The notes under the pieces: model-generated
What the model was told of the DNA's origin: nothing
The model's input: only the letters and a program-made list of their open reading frames with translations
Databases searched by the model: none
Made by a program: the position numbers and the translations under genes
From: the human T2T-CHM13v2.0 reference genome, Homo sapiens
Assembly (NCBI RefSeq): GCF_009914755.1
Contig: NC_060925.1
Strand: one strand, 5' to 3'
Length of the DNA: 64,000 nt
Shown here: in pieces, positions 28,890 to 48,799 of the stretch
Layout: each line of letters starts with the position of its first letter
Numbering within the stretch: the stretch's first letter is position 1

Positions 28890-29660
28890 GACACTGTTGG
28901 TGTCTTGCCCAGTGCATACTGATATAAATAAATGATTGAATAAATAAATATGTGTGGGGAGTAGATAAATCAATACGGAAGATTTCCAAATAATATTTAT
29001 AAATATTCCACATATGTCTACATAGAACCATAACTTCCCAATCCTTAAATGTGGGCTGCACATGGTGACTTCCTTCCAAAGCATACAGTATGGAAAGGAG
29101 GAATAAAAGAACTTTACAGTGTAGAAATCTGATAAACACTACCTCAGCCAGGAGATCAAGGTTAACATCAACAGTGATAAATTGTATTGATTGTATGTAC
29201 CCAGATAGGATGTGATGAAATGATATTTGACATATGTGCTCTTCCTCCTAAAGACATATAACCCCATTCTAATCATGAGAAAAACATCAGAGAAGTTCCA
29301 GTTGAGGAACATTCTACAAAATACCTAATGAGTACTTCTCAAAACTGTCAAAGTCATCAAAAACAAGGGTGGTGTGAGAAAATGTCATAGCCAAGAGGAG
29401 TCTAAGGAGACGTAACGACTGAATATAATGTGATGTCCTAGGTGGGGTCCTGAAATAGAAAAAGGACATTAGGGAAAAACAAAGAAAAACCCAACAAAAT
29501 ATGAACTTTAGTCAATAATAATGTATCAGTATTGGTTTATCAATTATGACAAATGTACCACTAATCTAAGACACTAATACTGGCAAAACTGGGTGTGGGG
29601 TATATGAATCTCTGTATTTTTTTGTAAACTGAAAACTATTCTCAAACAAAAATATTTAAA
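28890..29660 (+). mobile_element. L1MC/MD-type 3' UTR
   Basis: gtgggctgcacatggtgacttccttccaaag...aaacactacctcagccagg...gacaaatgtacca. Confidence 0.8.
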
Positions 29661-30084
29661 CAATAGATGGAGCCATTATTTTTAAAAAACACAGATTCAT
29701 TGGTTTCCTAATTTTTATTGTCTTTTGTAGATATTACTTTCTCTTCAGCCAGAGCATTAGTGAATACTGCCTGTGACAGCTTCTCCAAGGTAGAGAAATC
29801 AACTTGATGATCCCAAAAGAGAGACAGAAAGTGGCAGTGCTCTGGGATTTAGAAAATCTTACTGTGGTCTCTCATTTCCGATGTGATCAGCAGCTGCTAC
29901 TTCATCTCTCTAGGTCTCAGTGTTCTCACACAACTGTGAATGTATGGGTTGAAATGGATGAATGACAAGACCTCACCTTGCCTAAAGTTCTAAGCTTCCA
30001 CTTGCTCTGGCTAAAACTCTTGGAGCTGGAATGCTTAACAGCTCTTTCTGTCACATACCCCACATTTTGCCCATCAGTATATCC

Positions 30085-31160
<1,076 letters not shown>

Positions 31161-32210
31161 TGGATAAGCGAAAAAAATGCTTCCAGCAATCAGCTACTTG
31201 TCTTCAATTATATTGCCAATGCTTTAGTACAGGTGGAGCTGGGAAGGCTCCTTCCTTTCTGTTTTCTGCTGTGCCACATCCTTTCTCTGTGACCGTGGGT
31301 ATGGATTGGCTTCCTTGCCTTAGCAAGGATAAGGCAAAGGAGAGAAATAACAGTGTTTAAAAATGAATCAGTTCCAATTTGGAAATGTTAATATTGCCAC
31401 CTGCCTCACATACTACATTTAGCTTATGTGTTTTCAGGTTTTCTCCCTTGATAGACTACAAGCAACTCACAGAAAAGGGCTGTGTTATTGGACTCTGTAT
31501 CCCCAGTCCCTCAAATAGTGCCTTGCACGTAGTAGCTTCTTCAGTCACTATATGTTGGGTCTATTTTAATCAATAAAAGAGAAGTACCAAGGACTTCCAC
31601 TGGCAGGTTGCTGAAAGTTCTTTTCTCTTTCTTTTTGGTTTTAAATAGAGAGCAAAGAAGTTTGTCTGTGAGGACATGCCAACGGTGCAAATATGACTGC
31701 AGGGAGCCGGCGAACACCAACAGCCCCTTTGTAGAATGGAGACATGAAGACAACTCCACCAGGGTTTAAGTTCCAGCTCTCTCACTAGTTGTGGAATCTT
31801 GGGAAATATGCGTAAATTTCCTTATCTCCTAATAATCTTATTGGTAAATATTATAGGATCCTCAAATCTTACAGTAGGAAATGGTTCAGCTGAGATTCAA
31901 ATTGAGGCAGGTGATGCTGCCTAAAGAGTCCACACTCTTAAAGATACTGTGCCCTACCGAAAAATAAGTTCTAAAGGTTGAGTGTTAATTTTTAAAAATG
32001 AGGTATCAAAAAATGAGGTATCACTTGAGTCTAAACTCACATACTCAGGGCAAGAAAATTTCAGAAGACAAAATATCAGAAGCATAGGATGTTATTTAGA
32101 AACTGCCGTGGAATTGTGATGAGGCTTATATAAATCAGCACACCTAGAGCTCATACAACAGGGACCATGGCACAGGAAGCACTTTCCAAACTGTGGCCAG
32201 CATCATCACT

Positions 32211-32643
32211 GTTTTTTATTTAGTTTAATTAATTTATTTATTTGTTTTCATAGATTTAGGGGCCATAAATGCAGTCTTGTTATATTGGTATATTGCACAG
32301 TGATGAAATCTGGGCTTTTAATATAAGTGTCACACAAATAGTGTACCTTGTACCTGTTGGGTGATTTCTCATCCCTCACCCCTCTCCCACCCTCCCACTT
32401 TTCTGAGTCTCTAATGTCTATTATTCCACTTTCTCTGTCCATGTGTACTTATTATTTAGCTCCCACATATGAGTGACAGCATGCTGTATTCGATTTTTTG
32501 TTTCTGAGTTATCGCACTTAAGATAATGGCCTCCAGTTCCATCCATGTTGCTGCAAAAGACATGATTTCTTTCCTTTTTATGATTCATTCTTTTTTATGG
32601 CAGAGTAGTATTTCATGGTGTGTGTGTGTATCATATCTTCTTT
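32211..32643 (-). mobile_element. L1PB (L1PB4-like) 3' end
   Basis: atattgcacagtgatgaaatctgggcttttaat...tgtctattattccact...ttgctgcaaaagacatgattt; A-tail at 32212-32250. Confidence 0.8.
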
Positions 32644-32647
32644 TTTT

Positions 32648-33370
<723 letters not shown>

Positions 33371-33379
33371 TATATTTCT

Positions 33380-38693
<5,314 letters not shown>

Positions 38694-39134
38694 CATCATC
38701 ACTACTTAGGAGCCATCTCAGGTACTATTTCTTCAGCTTATTTGTCTGGTCAGCATGTCTACTTGCAGGGGCTTCCCAGCAGTTCTAAACAATAGAGACC
38801 ATTTCCTTTGAAAATCAGCACTTTATTAATGTGCTGTGCTTGTGTCAGAAGAAAAAGGAAACTTTTTTATGACAGGGAGAGAAAAGTAAAGTTTGCGGGA
38901 AAAGAAAATACCAAAAGTCAAGATGCTGAAACTAGAACCTCATCTGCATCAGGGCCACACATCACAGCTTCCTCTAGTTTGGTTCCATGTCCTGGTGTTC
39001 ATTAGATCACAGAACCTCAGAGTAGGATGAGCTATTGAAGATTTCTCAATGTTGCACCCTTCCCTCTCACACCCTGATGACCTGGTAAATATTTCTAATC
39101 CCCTCACTTTTCTCTTACATCGTATGGCAGGAAG

Positions 39135-39370
39135 CAGAGTGATGTAGTAGAAAGACTATGGGCTTTGGAATCAAATTGATCTGGGATTGAATTCCATTTC
39201 TGCTATTCTGAACTCTATAATATTGGGCAAGTTGCCCATTTCTGTCTCAGTTTCTTTATTAGGAAAATAAAGATAGTAATAGCTACATTTTAGGGCTTTT
39301 GTCAAGAATAAATGGCAAAATTACCAAGTTTGCTAGTATAATATTTGGCACACAGGTGTTCAATAATGGT
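39135..39370 (+). mobile_element. MIR
   Basis: gggctttggaatcaaattgatctggga...ttgggcaagttgcccatttctgtctcagtttc. Confidence 0.75.
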
Positions 39371-39504
39371 TCTTAGTATTTTCTCCATCTTGAGGCTGAT
39401 TTTCTTTTGGATACTCTACTTTATCAATGCCCTTCTGAAAGTGAGTAAAGCCTAGAATGAAACAGAATTCTGATACCATCTCAAATATGGATAAGCACAC
39501 AGAC

Positions 39505-39670
39505 ACACACACAGGCTTGTTATGCACAAAGAACTGTGCTAAATACTTTGCATGCAATATCTTATCAAAACATTAAAGAAGTCTTTGAAGTGGCATAATG
39601 TACCATTTATAAATGAAGAAGTTGAGATTCAGAAAGGGTATATCTCTTGCTCAGGGCCACATGTAGTCAG
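39505..39670 (-). mobile_element. MIR fragment
   Basis: ccatttataaatgaagaagttgagattcagaaagg...cttgctcagggccaca. Confidence 0.6.
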
Positions 39671-40439
39671 CTGTGGGGCAGGTAGCTCAGGCTAAGGATT
39701 GGCTTCTATGGGTGAGGAGCTGGGGTGAGGTCCTACCTGAAGTACCATTGTGTGGTGGAAGTGGTGCAAGGAGGTAGAGAGCCAGGAACGCAAACCTGGT
39801 CAGATTGTTTCCGAAAGAGCTGCATTTTAAACCCTAGCAGCCATGTGCAAAATGCAAGTCCACAGGGCCAAGCAATATTGGCTGTCTTGGGACCTAAACA
39901 ATAGTATTTGGGGGATAAACAGGGTGGTAGTATTGAAATTGGGATGGAGATAGGGTTTCCTGGGCTAATTGTGTGACTTTCCTGGGCTAGTTGTATGGGC
40001 TGGTGAATGCATGAGTAAGTGAGGATGAACTGAAGGATCTGCATCAAGGCAGACATGAAATGGGGCCTCTCACAAATGTCTCTTTATTTATTCTACATAT
40101 CCTGTGTGAAGTTCGATTTAGATTTTTCAGGGCCTGAAACAGGATGCAGCTGCCATATGGGGAAAGTCTGGTCTCCTTAATGCTCACAAAGCTGTCTACA
40201 AGGATGATGATGCTGTCTTTGCCACAATCAGAGATATACTTCTACAGAAGACTTCTTTGCTTCCTCATTTTCCTCTAGTGCTAGGCCTCCCAAGTGAGTG
40301 GACAGATGATAGGAAATGCTCCTACTGCAACTTGAAGGCCAATGACCGTTGTAATGCAGGTCTGATGACTCAGTATTGATGACACCCAGGTTCGGTCTTG
40401 GAGGCTCTTTCTTTTTTCCTCTCATCTTTTTCTTTGCAG

Positions 40440-40652
40440 CTCTGTCATTGCTTAATGGCCCTCCACCTCCACCACCACCAAAGTCCTGAGAGACATAAAA
40501 GTTAGGTCTAGGATATGGAACTGAGCTGAGGAGCTAATTCAGTTCAGTCCAACAACTGGTTAATTCAAATACATTTGGCTGAGATTCTAATAGCAAATCG
40601 AGGCCCCCAACCTCAATGGGGTACTTATTTCACTACTCAGCCTGCTTTTCAG
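40440..40652 (+). other. Candidate non-coding exon, 213 nt
   Basis: Acceptor ctctttcttttttcctctcatctttttctttgcag and donor cag|gtaagc; all three frames contain stops. Confidence 0.35.
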
Positions 40653-40846
40653 GTAAGCTCTACCCTGATCAAATATGCTTTGGTGGAGACATCTTTACAT
40701 TTTATTTCTCAATTTTGTTTCTATAAAGAAGACACAAACTATGCTTCTTTCTAAAATGATACTCAAAAAAATTTGGCATGACTTTAAACATTTGGTATCA
40801 GTAAGTATATACATATATGTAAGATATGTACACATGTGTGTACAAA

Positions 40847-40871
40847 CACACACACACACACACACACACAC
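40847..40871. repeat. (CA)n microsatellite
   Basis: Read directly from the sequence. Confidence 0.9.
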
Positions 40872-41289
40872 CCCTTGATATTTTATAAGTTCCATGTGAG
40901 TACTTAGTTGCTTTGATATTGCTTGGAATTGCTGGCATCAGGGAGAAGCACTCTGTCTTTCATTACAAAGATATAATTATAAGAACTACTGATGATTTGT
41001 AACCAAGGAAGGACTGACAGTGACAAGTCTAATTAGGCATTGAAACAGAGTGATGATCCATATTTAGCTGATTTTGACTCTTCCTGAATGAGAATTCTTC
41101 TGAACACAAACTATTCATATTTACTTAAATATCAGGGAAAATTAAACTGGATGAAAAAAGCATGGGCTTTGTTGTTCCCATGATAAGAATTATACATTTA
41201 TATATGTGTGCATGTGTGTGTGTTTTTGTGTGTGTGTGTCTGTGTATGCATCTATCTGTTTTGTTTTTGTTTTTAAGACAAAAGGTGAT

Positions 41290-42321
41290 CGGAAAAATGG
41301 AATGAACATATTTTTTGGTATGTCTTACACTAAATGCAACTAAAAATCCTGAACATTATATATAAAACAAACATAAGATGGCTCTGAAAGGTATGCAGAA
41401 GGCAGACCGGCTAAGGACCTCAGGACCCAAGGAATGACCGTGTTTTCTTTTTGAATCTGAAGAAGCTGGCAACCCAGAAATGCCAATAGGCACAGATAAA
41501 AACCAAAAGCTCTAAGAAAAGCCTACTTTCCCTAACCAAAGGACTAGGAAAAGGACAGCCTGGCAAGACAGACTTTTAGACAAGAATCGCTGTACTCCAC
41601 CTTAGAAAACACTGTGGCCGCACTCTGCTTATGCCAGCAAAGGCCAAGTAGGGAGCCCAGATTTCCACCCCTAGCAGGCTATAATGAGGTGCCCTAGCTT
41701 CTCCCCCATAATGGGGATGCTGCCCAAGAAGGTGTAGTAGGGAACTGAAATCTTGATTTCTGCTTGGCGATACAAAATGCATCCTTCCCCCTCCCTTGGG
41801 AAAGTGTCAGAAGAGGCCTAGGGGACAGTCCAGGCTTTTACCACTGCCTCATTTTAAAGAGGTTCCTCCCACCCTCCACCAGTGGAGGCCACATGGGGAG
41901 TAGGAAGGAAGCACTCCAGTGCCTCCATCCCTGCCCCATCAGTAACTAGGAGCAACCCCTCGAGTGCCAGCGGAGGCCAGAGGGAGAACCTGGACTTCTA
42001 TCCCTACCTGGCAGTAACAAGGTGGTATCCCCACTTTCCTGTTGGAGCAGGATCAAAGAAAGCCCACTAGACCAGAAGGTTTAAGTAAGATCTGGAGTCT
42101 CATAATAACTGAGATGTCCAGGTTTCAACCAAAAATCACCTGTCATACCAAGAACTTAGATGATCTCAAACTGACTGAAAAAAGGCAATTAGTAGGTGCC
42201 AATAGAGAGATGACAAAGATGTTAGAATTACTTGACAAAGATTTTAAAGCAACCATTGTAAAAATGCTTCAGTGAGCAGTCATGAACACACTTGAAACAA
42301 AAAAAAAAAAAAAAAAAAAAA
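41290..42321 (+). mobile_element. Old L1M (MC/MD-type) 5'UTR and ORF1 start, ending in an A24 run
   Basis: The ORF at 42042-42275 is L1M ORF1 N-terminus-like (EMTKMLELLDKDFKATIVKMLQ); upstream sequence resembles an L1M 5' end. Confidence 0.65.
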
Positions 42322-43308
42322 GGAGTTAGCCCCAAAAAGACTTGGGTAAAAAACTTTATAAAGAAAGCATTTTAAAAAATTGTTGTGAATTTCTACAGAG
42401 GTGACAATAAGCTCAAGGTTTTATTCGAACTTTCTTGGAAATCTCCCCATCACTTACAGACAAGTTTAGAATAAAGAGGAGTGGTCAGTCAGCATCCAGT
42501 CTTGGCTCCTGGAAGGCTCATGTGGCCAAGAGGGAGAGAGACTGAGGTGTGCATCAGGCCCAGCAGGTGATGTGGTAAGAGCTTGACAGGTCAGGAGTAG
42601 ATAGTGCTGTGTTAGTATCAAAGTCCAGAAGGGAAGACAAAAACAGAGTTGGAGAGTTATGTTCATCTGAGGGATACTGGAATGGACATGGCCTCTAATT
42701 GAACAGCCTGGGGCTAGTGTTCAAGATAGCCAACCAAATAGGAGGGGATTCTAGATGGAGCAGTGCTGGGAGTGTTTCCTAAAACAGAGACATGGGCAGA
42801 GCCAGGGAGGGTGAAGCAGTTAATCTGAACTAAATCATAAAACTATGTAACTCTTGTGCAACTGGGAGTAGGCAAAGGGAAGTTATTTAATGAGAAAGCC
42901 ACTAATAATCTTCCTTATACAAAGAACCATAGTTTTTTACTCTGTCATCCAGAGATGGCAGAGGACAAAGTCTGATACCTCCCCTGGTGTCTCAACTATC
43001 TAATACCATGCCCATTAAGTCCTGGGCATGAAAATTTCCTCTTTGCTTCACATATTTCATTATGTCTTAATGCCATTTTCCCTTAATGGCTTGTGTTTTT
43101 ACCTCCTAGAAGGGGGTAGTAGGTGGTGGTGGTAGAGGAAAAGGCACAGGGCCAGTGATGGACTGAACAGGCAGCTCACCTCCTGGCGTCTGTGGCTGTT
43201 CCATCATTGCACCACACATTGTTGGACCCCCTTTGACATGGTCATTATATATGACCACTCATGCTGATCTGTCTTCATTGTTGTTGGCACAGTTTCTTGC
43301 TTTTGCAG

Positions 43309-43379
43309 AATTATTTGGTGTACTCACAGTTCCTTCTATTGATTCTTCCACACTTATACAGCAAGAAAGAGCTACACAG
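43309..43379 (+). other. Candidate exon, 71 nt
   Basis: Acceptor tttcttgcttttgcag, branch-point-like ctgat about 40 nt upstream, donor cag|gtaagc. Confidence 0.35.
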
Positions 43380-43385
43380 GTAAGC

Positions 43386-43586
43386 TTTTTCTTTGTTTGT
43401 TTGTTTTTGAGACAGGGTCTGGAGTGCAGTGGTGTGATCATAGCTTACTGAAGCCTTGACCTCCCAGGCTCTGATGATCCTCCCATCTTAGCCTCCTGAG
43501 TAGCTGGGACTATAGGCATATGACACCGCATCTGGTTAATTTTCAATTGTTTTGTAGAGACGGGGTTTCGCTATGTTGCCAGGGCT
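43386..43586 (-). mobile_element. AluJ, partial (5'-truncated, small internal deletion)
   Basis: gagacagggtct|ggagtgcagtgg...gtttcgctatgttgcc. Confidence 0.85.
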
Positions 43587-43644
43587 CATTTATAAACTTT
43601 TTAGACAGAAATATATTGGGCAGAAGAAAGAGAATTAAAAAGAT

Positions 43645-44810
43645 GCCAAGTTATACTCTTACCTTATACCATACACCAAAACTATTCCAGATAAATTAAA
43701 CATTTACATATTAATAAAAAGTGAATTTAAAAATGCAGGTGATTGTAAGAAATATATTTCTAAGAATAACAAGAAAGATAAAAACCATAAAAGAAAATAT
43801 TGAAATGATTTGAATTACATTAACCATAAAAATGTCTGCAAGTCTTAGTTATCTCTGGGTGGTGATATTTAGGTGATTGTGGTTCACTTATCTATCGCTT
43901 CTCTGTATTTTACATTTTTTTAGTAAACATATAAAAATTATTTTATATGTTCCATACAATAAAACAATATTGAAAGTCAAACATCAAACTGAGGAAAAAT
44001 AATGGCAACATATAGATTACCTTTCAGCATATAATATGTAAAGAGTTCTGACACATCAATATGAAAAACACTCAGTTCTCAATAGTCAGTTCCACACATG
44101 TTGTTCATCTGAGGACTCTGGGTAAAAATATTCACAAAATAGAGTATTCACAAAAGAGGCACTACAAATGGGCATTCAAAAGCAATAATACTTAGTGTAT
44201 TATCTATTTAAATAAATGCAAATTAAAGCACTAGGATGCATTCTAGTGGGTGCCTGTCAAAATGCCAGAGATTAAAAATAATTTCACACATAGCTGGTGG
44301 CCTTGTAAATTGATATAATCTTTTTGAAAAGCAATTTGGGGATGAGTAAAAAACATTTTGTTTACTTTTGAATAGCAAATTCTACTGCTAGTAATTGATT
44401 TTCAGAAAATTATCATAAATGTGTTAAAAATTCAGATTCTATCCAAAGAAGTTTTTCCAACCACAAAAAATTTAATGTCCTCAAAATAGGGGATTGGTTA
44501 AGTAAATTAGGGTCTATTCATAAGGCCAAACAAAAACAATGCTTTATAAGTGAATTTCCAGAAAAATATCTGACATGAGAAACATGCAGAATATTTTTCT
44601 TAAAAAGTCTATATAAAACAGTATTTTTTAAAAAAGAAAAATCACATGTAAATAAGAGACGAGATAGACACATCAAGTGTGAATAGTGGTTACGTTAAGT
44701 AGGGGAATTAGGTTTGATCCTTTCTGCTCCTTTATTTGGCTTATTTATGTTACATGTATTTTTTCAATTAGCATATATTCTATGGGAAAATATTTAAATT
44801 TTTTTTTAGA
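43645..44810 (+). mobile_element. Old L1ME-type ORF2 3' end and 3'UTR, highly decayed
   Basis: ccttataccatacaccaaaa...aaataaatgcaaattaaagca...aatgtcctcaaaataggggattggttaagtaaatta. Confidence 0.6.
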
Positions 44811-45192
44811 AAGTTGGCAGCCAGCATGAGGAGATAAAATAGGCCACACTCTTTGTATAGCCTGTCACTGTTTCACAAAGGAGTGATATTATTTTGCTGA
44901 CAGCCCTGAAGACCACTCAATCTCACATTGCAAATCTGTCCATGATCAGAACCAAATCCAGCTCAAGGACTCAAGGAGAGAATTTCCAAACATAACTAGG
45001 GCGAACATTTTCTTCTCCTCCAAGCTCAGGAGGACGAATGCAATTGTCTTCTGTGCCAGAGGGAGGGAAAAGCTAAGGCTCAGAAGCATAAATGCTGCAG
45101 TAATATTTTCGTCCACAGATTGAGAGAGAAAAACTCACCCTAGGAAAGACGCTCCCTTGGTTTGTGCATTGTGAATTTCTTAGAAAACTTCA

Positions 45193-45212
45193 GGGAGGGG
45201 AGGGGTTGGGGG
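45193..45212 (+). other. Canonical G-quadruplex motif
   Basis: GGG-A-GGGG-A-GGGG-TT-GGGGG. Confidence 0.7.
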
Positions 45213-47537
45213 TTCCATGTGGTTGGTTTTCACTGAATAGTATCAAGCCAAAAGAAAGTCCATAGCTAATTGGCCCTGTGGGAGGGGGAAATGCTATCAA
45301 GACTTTTTTCTTTTCTTTATTTTTTTTAAGTGCAGTAGGCGCAGAGACGTGACACTGCATGTTGTGGGGGTAGTATTGGTGTTCCAGCCAATTCTCTCCT
45401 GGACAGAGGAGCAACTAGAATAGCAAGTGAGATTAGCAATGAGCGACCAACATTACATTTGCATCTGAAAGTGCCCACCACAAACAGCTGAGGCAGCATT
45501 TGTGCAGGAGAGGAGGTTTGAACAAATCCTTGAGTGCTGCCTGCCCGAGGACTCTAGCCTCAATGAGCGAGCCTTCTGGATTCAGAACTAACATCTCATG
45601 TCAAAGGAAATAGTCCCTATCACAGGTTAAATCATCTATTCATGGGATTGCAGTGTCCACATTTTCCATTCCTCCATCCTCTCCGCGTACGTTGTCTTTC
45701 CCTCTTCTTTCCTGCTCGGTTTGTTCCACCTCTTTCACCAGACAGGGGATGTGGTCTGACATTCCTTTGTTTCAACATTTGAAAATATGTGAGGAGAGAA
45801 TAGTCCTTGAAATTAGACAGATTAAATGTCTCTGGCCCTGGGAATCTGATTAATTTTTTTCGCTCCCCGAGGATATAAATGTAGTGTCCAATTATTATCT
45901 GAATTTTCTGAATTATTCTTGTACAACACTCTTTCCTCTGTCGGGGGAAAACAGCAAGGACAAAAGAATAGAATTCCACTTTCTTCTAGGGGAACAAGAA
46001 AGGATTGAAATTCGAGTTTTCCCAGGCTTCTTGTGGGACGCCAAGGAAGACTGAATTGCATAATTTCACAAAAATGTGAGATGCGACCTCTGCCTCCATG
46101 AACTCTAATAATAAATAGTCAAGGGATTAGAGAAACTAAGAAACATATGCACTATTTCCTGACCTGAGCACAGTTAAAGATCTCGATTGTAAAATGTTAA
46201 GTGCCTCAAAACCAAATAACTACAGACACAGGAAATGTAATTCACCACGGAGGAATCCTCCTGCCACAGAGGTTTCTTTTAAAATAGCTATCGGGGAGAA
46301 CCTGGAGGTAACACTTTAGTATTTGTTGCATTGCACAATAAATTCAGAAACTCTATATTGGAAACCTTGCCCTTTCCTCCAATAGAGATTGTATCCAAAG
46401 GCAAAGATAGATTTTAAGATATTGCTATTTAATAATTTCCTTCTTCCAGGCCTAAGGCTAACTTCTTGATATTCAACTATATGCATCTGTTTGTGCTTAA
46501 AATGGATTGATCACTTGCTCTACGGCAAGTTGCTCAGTGAGCCTGGGCTAAGAGCAGAACTGCTGGGCTTGGGACACTAGGCAAGTGAGGCTCTGAAGGT
46601 CTCAGTTACACTGTCCCAGTGGTGGCCCAGGCCCTACCAATGGAAAGAAGACTGAGTATCTGGGCTGGCAACTCTGGAAAGAAAGATGCAGAGGAAGCAG
46701 GGGCCTATTAAATTAAGCAATTGTTTATTGGGCACTTACTTGTGCTGTGTACTGCGCGAGAGCTATACACTGGGAATGCAAAAATAAATAGGACACTATC
46801 GGGGAATCTGCCCCGATATTCACGTAGGTTATTTTTTATTTTTCCTAAGTGTCCACCGGCTTGAGAAATAAAGCGACAGAGTACAAAAGAGAGAAATTTT
46901 AAAACTGGGAGTCCGGGGGAGACATCACATGTCAGTAGGTTCCGTGATGCCCCACAAGCCTCAAAAACCAGCAAGTTTTTATTAGGGATTTTCAAAAGGG
47001 GAAGGAATGTGCGAATAGGTGTGGGTGACAGACATCAAGTACTTAACAGGGTAATAGAATATCACAAGGCAAGTGGAAGCAGGGCGAGATCACAGGACCA
47101 CAGGACCGAGGTGAAATTAAAATTGCGAATGAAGTTTCGGGCACCACTGTCATTGATAACATCTTATCAGGAGGCAGGGTTTTGAAATCAACTGGTCTGA
47201 CCAAAATTTATTAGGTGGGAATTTCCTCTTCCTAATAAGCCTGGGAGCGCTATGGGAGACTGGAGTCTATTTCATCTCTGCAGCCTCGATCATAAGAGAC
47301 AGCTACGCCCAGGGGAGCCAGCTTAGAGACCTACCTGCAGGCACACATTCTCTTTCTCAGGGATGTTCCATGCTGAGAAAAAGAATTCAGTGATATTTCT
47401 CCCATTTGCTTTTGAAAGAAGAGAAATATGGCTCTGTTCCACCCAGCTCACTGGTGGTCAGAGTTTAAGGTTATCTCTCTTGTTTCCTAAACATTGCTGT
47501 TATCTTGTTCTTTTTTCAAAGTGCCCAGATTTCATAT

Positions 47538-48799
47538 TGAGAGGTGACTGACAGCGTGCTGGCAGTCCTCAGAGCCCTCGCTTGCTCTCGGTGCCTCCTC
47601 TGCCTGGGTTCCCACTTTGGCGGCACTTGAGGAGCCCTTCGGCCAGCGGCTGCATTGTGGGAGCCCCTTTCTGGGCTGGCCAAGGCCAGAGCCGGCTCCC
47701 TCAGCTTGCAGGGAGGTGTGGAGGGAGAGGTGCAAGCAGGAACTGGGGCTGCACGCAGCGCTTGTGGGCCAGCTGGAGTTCTGGGTGGGCGTGGGCTTGG
47801 CGGGCCCCACCCTCGGAGCGGCCGGCTGGCCCTGCTGGCCCTGGGCAATGAGGGACTTAGCACCTGGGCCAGTGGATGCAGAGGGTGTACTGGGTCCCCC
47901 AGCAGTGCTGGCCCACCGGCGCTGTGCTCGATTTCTCGCAGGGCCTTAGCTGCCTTCCCGCAGGGCAGGGGTCGGGACCTGCAGCCCACCATGCCTGAGC
48001 CTCCCACCTACTCCATGGACTCCTGTGCAGCCCGAGCCTCCCCGATGAGCACCACCCCCTGCTCCACGGCGCCCAGTCCCATCGACCACCCAAGGGCTGA
48101 GGAATGCAAGCGCACGGTGCAGGACTGGCAGGCAGCTCCACCTGCAGCCCCGGTGCGGGATACACTAGGTGAAGCCAGCTGGGCTCCTGAGTCTGGTGGG
48201 GACGTGGAGAGTCTTTATGTCTAGCTCAGGGATTGTAAATACACCAATCAGCACCCTGTGTTTAGCTCAAGGTTTGTGAGTGCACCAATCGACACTCTGT
48301 ATCTAGCTGCTCTGGTGGGGCCTTGGAGAACCTGTGTGTGGAAACTCTGTATCTAACTAATCTGATGGGGACGTGGAGAACCTTTGTATCTAGCTCAGGG
48401 ATTGTAAACGCACCAATCAGCGCCCTGACAAAACAGGCCACTCGGCTCTACCAATCAGCAGGATGTGGGTGGGGCCAGATAAGAGAATAAAAGCAGGCTG
48501 CCTGGGCCAGCATTGGGAACCTGCTGGGGTCCCCTTCCACAGTGTGGAAGCTTTGTTCTTTCGCTCTTTGCAATAAGTCTTGCTACTGCTCACTCTTTGG
48601 GTCCACGCTGCTTTTATGAGCTGTAACACTCACTGTGAAGATCTGCAGCTTCACTCCTGAGCCCAGCGAGACCAGGAGCCCACTGGGAGGAACGAACAAC
48701 TCCAGACGCGCCGCCTTAAGAGCTGTAACACTCACCGCAAGGGTCTGCGGCTTCATTCTTGAAGTCAGTGAGACCGAGAACCCACCAATTCCGAACACA
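47538..48799 (+). mobile_element. LTR12C-type solo LTR (ERV9)
   Basis: tgagaggtgac...gcgtgctggcagtcctc start, CpG-rich U3, tandem ccaatc/tatctagct units, end ccaattccgaacaca. 4-bp TSD atat at 47534-47537 and 48800-48803. Confidence 0.95.
48215..48500 (+). promoter_or_regulatory. ERV9 LTR enhancer/promoter (repeated CCAAT and GATA motifs, AATAAA TATA-like box near 48486)
   Basis: Four ccaatc copies (about 48245, 48285, 48413, 48451), several tatc motifs, then gataagagaataaaagc; matches the known ERV9 U3 layout. Confidence 0.7.

Noticed and set aside
47516-48224. Long overlapping ORFs (163 aa and 189 aa) that could be a novel gene
   Set aside because: They lie within the GC-rich U3 of LTR12C, where stop-poor composition gives ORFs in several frames.
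48215-48460. Regularly spaced repeats superficially like a CRISPR array
   Set aside because: These are the known ERV9 U3 tandem units in eukaryotic DNA; there are no unique spacers or cas genes.
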